Source of the DNA: an uncultured delta proteobacterium
GTDB taxonomy: Bacteria; Myxococcota; Kuafuiibacteriia; Kuafuiibacteriales; Kuafuiibacteriaceae
Direction of reading: 5' to 3'
Length of the DNA stretch: 64,000 nt
Assembly: GCA_963803435.1 (NCBI GenBank)
Contig: CAWDML010000002.1
Coordinates: 32,001-96,000, forward strand
This document shows positions 56,353 through 64,000 of this stretch, piece by piece. The position numbers and the translations under genes were made by a program. Each line of letters starts with the position of its first letter. Positions within the stretch are counted from its first letter, which is position 1. The notes under the pieces were generated by a model. The model ran no database searches, was not told where the DNA came from, and was given only the letters and a program-made list of their open reading frames with translations.

Positions 56353-58085
56353 AGGCGCTGAATCCCGGCCGGCGCTGCCTGATCATCGCCGGGCCCTTTC
56401 GCGGCGTGGTGCGGGACGGTCGCGCGAAGGTGGTCCGCGATCGCGGAAGGCTCATCGATGTGGAGATCGAGGTGGCCGGCCGCGGTCAGGTCGTGGTGGT
56501 GCGGCGCGACGAGCTGCGCCCCGAGCGCCGGACGAAGGATCCCACGCCGTCGATCTGGGCGGAGATCCAGCGTGCGATCGCGCGGCGACTCGGTGTGGAT
56601 CTGACGCTCGACGCCTGGTGGTGCGCGCAGCACGATCGCGCGCAAGCCCGGACGGATCCGGACGTGCTGATCCGCGAGGCTCGCGAGCTCGAGCGCACGC
56701 TGGAGCTCGCGGTCGCCGAGGCCGCGGCGGAGGTGGAGCGGGCGTTTCGCGAGGCGTTCGATCCGCTTCCACCCAATGAAAAGCGAAAGCGCTGGAAGCG
56801 CGAGCGCGCCCGCTGGCTCGAGGTCGAGCCCGAGCGGGCCCAGGTGCGCAAACGTATCGGTGCCGACGTCGACCCGAGCCGCGCCCGCCGCGCGCGGGAG
56901 GCGCTCCAGAGGGCGCTGCGGGCCAAACGGAAGGCCGAGCACCCGCTGGCCGTCCCTGACCTGCGCACGGCCCCCATCGCCGTCGGTCCCGACGCCCGGG
57001 CGATCGAAGAGACGATCGATCGGGATCCGGAGGTCGTGGAGCCGTATCTCGTCTACGCCGATCTCCTGCAGGCAGCGGGCGATCCGCGGGGCGAGCTGAT
57101 CATGCTTCAGCCCGACGATCGCCCGCCCGCGCCCGACCTCGAGGCGGCGGCCAAGCGGCTCCTCTCGACCCACGCCGAGTACTTCCTGGGCGCGCTCAAC
57201 GATCATCGGGAGGCGCTCGAGCTCCGGTGGCAGCGGGGCTTCATCCGCTCGGCCTCCATCGTCTGGCCTTCTGACACCACCGCCGCGCTGGTGGAGACGC
57301 TGCTGGCGTTGCCCTCGTCTCGCTACCTTCGGGCCCTGGCGCTGGAGGAGATCGACGACGACACGGATCTCCATGAGGCGTTCGAGATCCTGATCCGGCG
57401 GCGGCCGAAGCATCTGACCTCGCTCCGCATCGGTCCCGACAGCGATCCCAAGTACTCCAATTGGAACGATCAGGAGGCCGGCGATCTCACGGAGCTGCTC
57501 CGCGCCTTTCCGGACCTCGAGGAGCTGACGATCCGGGCCCGGCGGGCGACGTTCGGCGAGGTCGAGCTGCCGAAGCTGCGCTCACTCCGGCTCGAGACCA
57601 CCGCGCTCACGTTCGAGCACCTGCTCGCGCTGACGACGCGGACCTGGCCAAGCCTCGAGGAGCTGACGCTCTGGTTCGGCGCCTCCTCGTACGGAGCCAG
57701 CATTCGCGCCGAGGATCTGAGCTCGCTCTTGTCCGGCCGCACGCTTCCGCGCCTCCGCCGTCTGGCCCTGCAGAACGTCGAGTTCGCGGATGATCTCTGC
57801 AGCCACCTGCTGCACGCCTCCGAGCTGATCTCGCGGCTCGACGCCCTCGATCTGGCGATGGGCACCATGACGGACGAGGGGGCGGAGACGCTCTGCTTCG
57901 GCGCGAAGATCTTGAAGCCGCTCCGGTTGCTCGACGTTCGCAACAACTACATCGGGTCGGGGATGCGCAAGAGGCTGGCGGCGCTCGAGCCGGCGGTGCT
58001 CGATCGACCGCAGCGCCGGGTCGACGACTACGATCAGTACGGCCCCTATCGAATGGTGATGATCGACGACGAGTACGATCTGTGA
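56349..58085 (+). CDS. KOW-like + TIGR02996 domain + leucine-rich repeat protein
   Basis: N-terminal PG...IIAGPF; PYLVYADLLQAAGDPRGELI; WQRGFI; LRRs such as FPDLEELTI, LPKLRSLRL, WPSLEELTLWFG. Confidence 0.82.
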   Translation: MKALNPGRRCLIIAGPFRGVVRDGRAKVVRDRGRLIDVEIEVAGRGQVVVVRRDELRPERRTKDPTPSIWAEIQRAIARRLGVDLTLDAWWCAQHDRAQARTDPDVLIREARELERTLELAVAEAAAEVERAFREAFDPLPPNEKRKRWKRERARWLEVEPERAQVRKRIGADVDPSRARRAREALQRALRAKRKAEHPLAVPDLRTAPIAVGPDARAIEETIDRDPEVVEPYLVYADLLQAAGDPRGELIMLQPDDRPPAPDLEAAAKRLLSTHAEYFLGALNDHREALELRWQRGFIRSASIVWPSDTTAALVETLLALPSSRYLRALALEEIDDDTDLHEAFEILIRRRPKHLTSLRIGPDSDPKYSNWNDQEAGDLTELLRAFPDLEELTIRARRATFGEVELPKLRSLRLETTALTFEHLLALTTRTWPSLEELTLWFGASSYGASIRAEDLSSLLSGRTLPRLRRLALQNVEFADDLCSHLLHASELISRLDALDLAMGTMTDEGAETLCFGAKILKPLRLLDVRNNYIGSGMRKRLAALEPAVLDRPQRRVDDYDQYGPYRMVMIDDEYDL

Positions 58086-58973
58086 TCAGGCGAGCTGGTG
58101 CAGCTTCTCGGCGAGCTCGTCGTGGATCAGCTCGAGCTGCTTGCTGCTGAGGCCGAGCACGCGCACCACCTGCTCCGTCGGCATGGCGTTCCGCTCCGTC
58201 ACCAGCGGGACGCCGGAGATCCCGAATCCGAGCTTCTTCGCCAGGTGATCGGCCAGGCTCACCGCGGCGGCCAGCGGGTGGGGATAGCCTTCGATCCGCA
58301 CCGTGTGGTGCGCGGCGACGACCATCGTGACCTCGGCCGGGAGCTTCCACTGCTTCGTCATGATCTCCGAGGCCTCCGCGTGCATCTCCTCGATGGCGTG
58401 CCACACGTCCTCGAGCGGCGGCGGGTCCTTTCGGCCGTCGACCAGAGACACCAGCGCGCCGGCCTTCCCCACGTCGTGGAGGAGGCCGCACATGAACGCG
58501 TAGTCCGCGTCGAAGCTGGTGTAGCGGCAGACGATGCGGCTCGCGTGCGCGACCGCCGTCCCGTGCACGCGGAGCTGATCCATCGTCCGTTGATACGGCT
58601 TGGCGCGGAACACGCGGGTGTTCGTCGCAATCTGGAGCACAATGTCGCGCACCGTGGTCAGACCGAGCGTCGCCAGCGCCTGGGGAATCGACGGGACGCG
58701 TAGCCGTCCGGCGTACATGGGGGAGGCCATCACGCGAAGCACCTCTCCGCACAGGATGGCGTCTCTCTCCAGCAGGCGCGCCACGGCGACGAGGGAGACG
58801 TCCGGGTGGTGCGCCATCTCGAGCAGCTCGAGCGCCACCTGGGGGAGCTGCGGCGCCAGGTAGTCCGGAGACTTGAAGGTGTCGCGGAGCCGGGTGAGGA
58901 CGGAGGCGCCGTCTACCCAGTCGTCCACGGTGACGATCCCGATCCCGTAGCCTTTGCTGCCGCGACTGATCAC
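58086..58973 (-). CDS. HDOD domain protein
   Basis: PQLPQVALEL, RDAILCGEVLRVMASPMY, AFMCGLLHDVGK, WKLP..V...AHH. Confidence 0.9.
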   Translation of the reverse strand: MISRGSKGYGIGIVTVDDWVDGASVLTRLRDTFKSPDYLAPQLPQVALELLEMAHHPDVSLVAVARLLERDAILCGEVLRVMASPMYAGRLRVPSIPQALATLGLTTVRDIVLQIATNTRVFRAKPYQRTMDQLRVHGTAVAHASRIVCRYTSFDADYAFMCGLLHDVGKAGALVSLVDGRKDPPPLEDVWHAIEEMHAEASEIMTKQWKLPAEVTMVVAAHHTVRIEGYPHPLAAAVSLADHLAKKLGFGISGVPLVTERNAMPTEQVVRVLGLSSKQLELIHDELAEKLHQLA

Positions 58974-59012
58974 GACCTCGAGAATCGGCCGGTTGAGCGC
59001 AAACTCGAGCGA

Positions 59013-61865
59013 TCAGGTCGTTTGGAGCTCCGACCTGCTCTCTTTGAGCCGCGCCAGCGTGGTCTCCGCGTCGACCACCTTGTCGCGCACCTCCTGGACG
59101 GTCTCGGGCGGCGCGCGATCCACGAAGTTGGGATTCTCGAGCTTCTTCCGGTTCGCCTCGAGCTCCTTCTCCTTCTTTGCGATCAGCTTGTCGAGGCGAT
59201 CGATCTCGACCTCGAGATCGATGTACCGCGAGAGATCGACGTAGACCTCGAACGCGGGATCGATCTGGACCGCCATGCCCTTCGCCTTGGCCTCGACGAA
59301 CTCGATGTCCTCCAGCCGGGCGAGGAACGTCACCGGGCCCTTGGCCTGCTCGAGCATCCGGCGCGTGGCCGGGTGGAGCGGCTTCACCTGGACCACGATG
59401 CGGTCGCTGTCCTTGATGTTCGACTGCGACCTCAGGCTGCGCACAGCCAGCACGAAGCGCTGCAGGATGGCGAAGCGCTCCTCGAGCTCCTTCTGGGGCG
59501 GCTGCCGGGGCGTGGGGAAGCGATCGCAGGCCAGGATCTCGGAGGTGGGCGCCTCACCGATCCAGAGCCCGCGCGCGGACATCGCGGGCGCGAGCCGGCC
59601 CCACAGCTCCTCCGTCACGAACGGGATGATCGGGTGGAGCATCCGCAGCATGTCGCCGAGCGCGGTGCCCATCACGCGGAGCACGCCGCGGCGGATCGCC
59701 GGATCTTCGCTGAGGAGCCGCGTCTTCGAGAGCTCGAGCGCCCACGCGCAGAAGTCGTCCCACACGAAGTGGTAGAGCTCCTGCGCGGCGCGGCCGAAGT
59801 CGAAGCCGTCGAGGCCGTCGCGGACCACCCGGAGGGTGGAGTCGGTGCGGGCCAGGATCCAGAGATCCTCGTCCGTGGGATCGGCGTAGGGCCCCGAGCC
59901 CTCCGGCTCGGACTCGAGCGTGGAGATGACGCGGCCGGCGCCGTTCCAGAGCTTCGTCACGAAGTTCCGGCCCTCGGTGAACCGCGACAGCGACAGCCGC
60001 ACGTGCTCGCCCTCGGTGATGGAGTAGATCAGCGTCCAGCGCATGGCGTCGGCGCCGACCGCCTCGAAGCCGTCGGGGAACGTCTTCTCGATCTTCTCCA
60101 GCCGTCGCTTGAGGTCGGGCGGGCGCGCCGACAGCACCGGCTGCTTCAGCTTCTCCAGATCGCCGCCCTCGATCAGCACCATGGGGTCGAAGCCGTTGCC
60201 CTTCGACTTCGACATGGTCTGACCCTCCTCATCGGCCAGCGTCGAGTGGAGGTAGACGTCGCGGTAGGGCAGCTGACCCACGAAGGTGAGCCCCGCGAAG
60301 TTCATGCGGGCGACCCAGAAGAAGAGGATGTCCTTCGCGGTGGAGAGGACGTTGGTCGGGTAGTAGCGCGCGAAGTCCGGCGTCTGCTCCGGCCAGCCCA
60401 GGGTGCTCATCGGCCACAGCCAGGACGAGAACCAGGTGTCGAGCACGTCGTCGTCCTGCCGCCAGGCGCCGGGCTCCGACTTCACGCGCTCGGGCGTGTC
60501 GAGGTCGACCAGGATCTCGCCGGTCTCGCGATGGAACCAGGCCGGGATCCGATGCCCCCACCAGATCTGCCGGCTGATGCACCAGTCCCTGATGTTGGCG
60601 AGCCATTGGAAGTACGTCTTCTCCAGGTGCTCCGGGTGAAGGTTCAGCTGACCCTTCCCCGGTCCCTTCACCCACTCGCCGTCGCTCTGGACGTAGCCGC
60701 TCGCCTCCAGGGCCTTGGCCGCCAGCGGGCGCATCTTGACGAACCACTGATCGGAGAGGCGGAACTCGATCGGGACCTTCGAGCGATAGCTCCGGCCGAT
60801 CGCCAGCATGTGATCGGTGACCTTCTCCAGGAGCTGCTGCTCCTCCAGATCGACCAGCGCCAGCTTGCGGCACTCGTAACGGCTCTTGCCGCGGTACTTC
60901 TCCGGGACGAGGTCGTTCATGGTGGCGTCCTCGTTCATCACGTCGATCTGCGGCAGGTCGTGGCGCAGCCCCACCTCGAAGTCGTTCGGATCGTGGGCCG
61001 GCGTGATCTTGACGGCGCCGGTGCCCTTCGACGGATCGGCGTGCTCGTCCCCGATCACCGGGATGATGCGGCCCTGGAGCGGCAGCCGCAGCTGGCGCCC
61101 GATGTGCTTGGCGAGCGTGGGGTGCTGGGGGTGGACCGCGACCGCCACGTCTCCGAACAGGGTCTCGGGCCGCGTGGTGGCGACCACCAGGTGATCGGGC
61201 CCGTCGGTGAAGGGGTAGCGGATGTAATACATCTTCCCCTTCTCCTCCTCCTTCTCCACCTCATCGTCCGAGAGCGCGGTCTGATCGACCGGACACCAGT
61301 TCACGATCCGCTTGCCGCGGTAGATCAAGCCCTCGCGGTAGAGGCGGACGAACGACTCGCGCACGGCGCGGTTGAGGCCCTCGTCCATGGTGAAGCGCGT
61401 CCGCGACCAGTCGCAGGAGCAGCCCATGCGCTTGAGCTGCTCGAGGATCGCGCCGCCATACTGGTTGCGCCACTCCCAGATCCGCTCGACGAACCGCTCC
61501 CGGCCCAGCTGGCGATAGTCGACGCCCTCGGCGTCGAGCTGCTTCTTCACGACGGACTGCGTGGCGATGCCGGCGTGATCGGTGCCCGGGATCCAGAGGG
61601 CGTCGAAGCCGTCCATCCGCTTGTAACGGATGAGGACGTCCTGGACCGTGTTGTTGAGCGCGTGGCCCAGGTGGAGCCGTCCGGTGATGTTGGGCGGTGG
61701 GATGACGATGGTGAACGGCTTCGCGTTCTTTCGCGCGGGATCGACGAGCCGTCCCCCTGCGTCATACGCGGTGCGGAACGCCTCGGCGTCGAGCCAGCGC
61801 TGGTAGAGCCGAGGCTCGGCCTCTGAATAGTCGAACCGTTTCGGGAACTCGCGCGCGGACGTCAC
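59013..61865 (-). CDS. valS: valine--tRNA ligase
   Basis: PPPNITGRLHLGH, PGTDHAGIATQ, TTRPET, DWCISRQIWWGH, TMSKSKGN, C-terminal coiled coil. Confidence 0.97.
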   Translation of the reverse strand: MTSAREFPKRFDYSEAEPRLYQRWLDAEAFRTAYDAGGRLVDPARKNAKPFTIVIPPPNITGRLHLGHALNNTVQDVLIRYKRMDGFDALWIPGTDHAGIATQSVVKKQLDAEGVDYRQLGRERFVERIWEWRNQYGGAILEQLKRMGCSCDWSRTRFTMDEGLNRAVRESFVRLYREGLIYRGKRIVNWCPVDQTALSDDEVEKEEEKGKMYYIRYPFTDGPDHLVVATTRPETLFGDVAVAVHPQHPTLAKHIGRQLRLPLQGRIIPVIGDEHADPSKGTGAVKITPAHDPNDFEVGLRHDLPQIDVMNEDATMNDLVPEKYRGKSRYECRKLALVDLEEQQLLEKVTDHMLAIGRSYRSKVPIEFRLSDQWFVKMRPLAAKALEASGYVQSDGEWVKGPGKGQLNLHPEHLEKTYFQWLANIRDWCISRQIWWGHRIPAWFHRETGEILVDLDTPERVKSEPGAWRQDDDVLDTWFSSWLWPMSTLGWPEQTPDFARYYPTNVLSTAKDILFFWVARMNFAGLTFVGQLPYRDVYLHSTLADEEGQTMSKSKGNGFDPMVLIEGGDLEKLKQPVLSARPPDLKRRLEKIEKTFPDGFEAVGADAMRWTLIYSITEGEHVRLSLSRFTEGRNFVTKLWNGAGRVISTLESEPEGSGPYADPTDEDLWILARTDSTLRVVRDGLDGFDFGRAAQELYHFVWDDFCAWALELSKTRLLSEDPAIRRGVLRVMGTALGDMLRMLHPIIPFVTEELWGRLAPAMSARGLWIGEAPTSEILACDRFPTPRQPPQKELEERFAILQRFVLAVRSLRSQSNIKDSDRIVVQVKPLHPATRRMLEQAKGPVTFLARLEDIEFVEAKAKGMAVQIDPAFEVYVDLSRYIDLEVEIDRLDKLIAKKEKELEANRKKLENPNFVDRAPPETVQEVRDKVVDAETTLARLKESRSELQTT

Positions 61866-61970
61866 TCTTCGGCGATAGCGGACCGGCGTGACTGAGTCCA
61901 CATCGGGGTCATCCGTGAGATTGGGGATGACAGCCCCCCCGAGTTGTGGTTTCAAGCGCCTCCGCAAGCC

Positions 61971-63821
61971 ATGCACGCGAAGATGCTCAGCCTATCGGCC
62001 GTGACCCTCCTGATCCTGTCCGCCTGCGGACCCGAGAAGGAGAAGCTCGATCTCTCGAACGGGAAGACCTTCGAGGCCGCGCTGACCACCGCGGGCGACT
62101 GGCGCCTGATCCAGACCGTGGAGAGCGCCCATCCGTACGCGAACGCATTCCAGCGGGCGTGGCGCGTCAACGGCGATCCGAACACCACGGAGATGCTGGT
62201 CGCGTTCGAGCGGTTCGAGCTCGAGTCGGGCTACGACTACCTCACGGTCTCCGACGGCAGCGGCGCGGGCCTCACCGAGAACACCGGCACCCGCACCGGG
62301 ACCGAGCTCGTCGTCGCCGGCAACTCGGTCGAGCTCGCGCTCACCACCGACGCGTCGGTCACGCGCTGGGGCTTCCGCGCCAGCGTCTACCAGCGGCAGA
62401 GCTGTGCCTGTCAGGCGATCCACAAGCCGGCCTGCGGCGTGGACGGCAACACCTACGGCAACGCCTGCGAGGCCCGCTGCGCAGGCGTCGAGGTCGCGTA
62501 TCAGAGCGCGTGCAACGGCTCGCCGTGGTACCAGGGCTCGCGGCTGCTCGACTCGCCGCACGACTACACCAACAACTTCGATCAGTCGTGGACCCTCTCC
62601 GAGGGCGGCGCGCGCTTCATCCGGCTTCACTTCTCCCGCATCGACGTCGAGCAGGGCTACGACTTCGTGGTGGTGACCGACGCCGCCGGCAACACGATCG
62701 CCCGCTACAGCGGAAGCACCCAGGACGTGACCACGCCCGCGATCGTCGGCGACACCGCGACGGTCCAGCTCACCAGCGACTCGTCGATCACCCGGTTCGG
62801 CTTCTCGATCGACCGTGTCGACGCCATCGGTGGCTGCGCCTCCGACGCCGACTGCTCGAGCGGCCAGGTCTGCAACACGAACATCCAGTGCATCCGGGCG
62901 CCCTGCTGGAGCGTCTGCGAGCAGCCCGCCGGCGGCTACGCCGACGTGACCATCGCCGACCTCGAGACCAACCGGGCGAACTGGAGCGGCCAGCGGATCC
63001 GGGTCGTCGGCGAGCCCCACGTGTACGGCGCCGCCTGCACCCGCCGCGCCTGCCAGCCCTCCAACCCCTGCTGCAACAGCTGCTCGGCCGGGTTCGTGCT
63101 GGGCAACGCGGTGGCGCTCCGCGACGCCAACGATCAGCCGATGGGCTGCCGCGGCGACGAGTGCAACTGGGCCGACACCTGCGATCCCTTCGAGGCGATG
63201 GGCTCCGGCCTCTACGAAATCCGCGGCACCTTCGCCATGGACACCGTCGGACAGGATCGGATCCTGATCGACGACTTCACCGCCGCCGACTGTCAGGTGA
63301 GCGGCTGCGCCGGCCAGGCCTGCAGCAACGGCGGCGGCGCCATCACCAGCTGCGTCGCGCTGCCGGAGTACGCGTGCTACGCCGACGCCGCGTGCGAGCC
63401 CCAGACCAGCGGGCACTGCGGCTGGACCCAGACCCCCGAGCTCCAGACCTGCATCGACGACGCCCGCAGCCAGCGCTTCTCGGCCGGCGACGTCCCGGTC
63501 TTCATCCCGGACAACACGCCGAACGGTGCGGCCAGCCGGATCCAGGTCGGCTCCAGCGGCCCGATCAGCCGGCTGCTGGTCTCGGTCGACATCCACCACA
63601 CGTATCGCGGTGACCTGGTCGTCACGCTGATCGCGCCGAGCGGGGAGAGCTTCCTGCTCCACAACGGCGAGGGCGGCAGCGCGCACGACGTCGTCTTCGC
63701 CGATCGCGAGATCACGGGCGCCACCGGCCTCGAGCGGGGCGGACAGTGGACGCTGTTCGTGGTCGATCGCTACGCGCGCGACACCGGCACGATCGAGGGC
63801 TGGTCGCTCGGGTTCCAGTAG
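61971..63821 (+). CDS. lipoprotein with two CUB-like domains, Kazal, Cys-cluster and proprotein convertase P-domain
   Basis: Lipobox LSAC; ELESGYDYL...TDASVTRWGF; PACGVDGNTYGNACEA; C.VSGC.GQ.C...CGW; IHHTYRGDL...GQWTL.V.D..DTG. Confidence 0.85.
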   Translation: MHAKMLSLSAVTLLILSACGPEKEKLDLSNGKTFEAALTTAGDWRLIQTVESAHPYANAFQRAWRVNGDPNTTEMLVAFERFELESGYDYLTVSDGSGAGLTENTGTRTGTELVVAGNSVELALTTDASVTRWGFRASVYQRQSCACQAIHKPACGVDGNTYGNACEARCAGVEVAYQSACNGSPWYQGSRLLDSPHDYTNNFDQSWTLSEGGARFIRLHFSRIDVEQGYDFVVVTDAAGNTIARYSGSTQDVTTPAIVGDTATVQLTSDSSITRFGFSIDRVDAIGGCASDADCSSGQVCNTNIQCIRAPCWSVCEQPAGGYADVTIADLETNRANWSGQRIRVVGEPHVYGAACTRRACQPSNPCCNSCSAGFVLGNAVALRDANDQPMGCRGDECNWADTCDPFEAMGSGLYEIRGTFAMDTVGQDRILIDDFTAADCQVSGCAGQACSNGGGAITSCVALPEYACYADAACEPQTSGHCGWTQTPELQTCIDDARSQRFSAGDVPVFIPDNTPNGAASRIQVGSSGPISRLLVSVDIHHTYRGDLVVTLIAPSGESFLLHNGEGGSAHDVVFADREITGATGLERGGQWTLFVVDRYARDTGTIEGWSLGFQ

Positions 63822-64000
63822 CGGTAGACGGCGCGCAGGGTGCGGTCGAGCGTCCACCGCTCGAAGCCGTCCGGAAGCGCGCGATAGCCGACCCCTGTGA
63901 TCCCGTCCTCCGGGGTCGATTCCCGGCCGTGTGAGCCGATCACCACCCGCCGCTCGGTCGACACCACGATGACCACATGACCGGGGAGCGTCCGCCCCCG
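63770..64000 (-). CDS. C-terminal part of a hypothetical (possibly NlpC/P60-like) protein; start outside window
   Basis: PGHVVIVVS...VIGSHG...GVGYR; frame open to the window edge. Confidence 0.4.
   Translation of the reverse strand, partial: RGRTLPGHVVIVVSTERRVVIGSHGRESTPEDGITGVGYRALPDGFERWTLDRTLRAVYRYWNPSDQPSIVPVSRA

Noticed and set aside
58806-61826. 1006-aa plus-strand ORF and similar long antisense ORFs (43822-46380, 19657-21279, 61992-63857)
   Set aside because: Stop-free antisense frames are expected in very high-GC coding DNA; they show no motifs.

Overview
High-GC bacterial chromosomal window. The MYXO-CTERM sorting signal, four Hanks-type kinase or pseudokinase genes, an FHA-sigma54 activator, DUF1501/DUF1585-type genes, a TIGR02996-LRR protein and Cys-rich lipoproteins point to Myxococcota. 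It carries housekeeping genes (argS, valS, murI, mrp/apbC, greB, ruvX/yqgF, pilT, a 5'-3' exonuclease) mixed with envelope and signalling genes. No rRNA, tRNA or CRISPR array was recognised. The most unusual part is 42.7-55.3 kb, which holds (i) a divergent tubulin/FtsZ-family (TubZ/CetZ-like) gene with a C-terminal HEAT-like domain, outside any dcw cluster; (ii) a 2.98-kb TGT...ACA transposon remnant encoding a Zn-finger/transposase remnant, an ExeA-like AAA+ ATPase, a RepA-like (AAA_25) helicase and a degenerate RNase-H-like protein; and (iii) three decayed four-helix-bundle (23S-IVS/Avd-like) genes, each followed by short tandem repeats, two of them inside an IS1182-related element with hexamer-repeat termini ending in CTAG. 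Other notable features are a LirA/MavJ-like orphan, a DnaA-box cluster, and four frameshifts that all read AGAATCY where AGATCY is expected, which suggests base-calling errors at a methylated motif. All family assignments come from motif recognition by eye, not from database searches.
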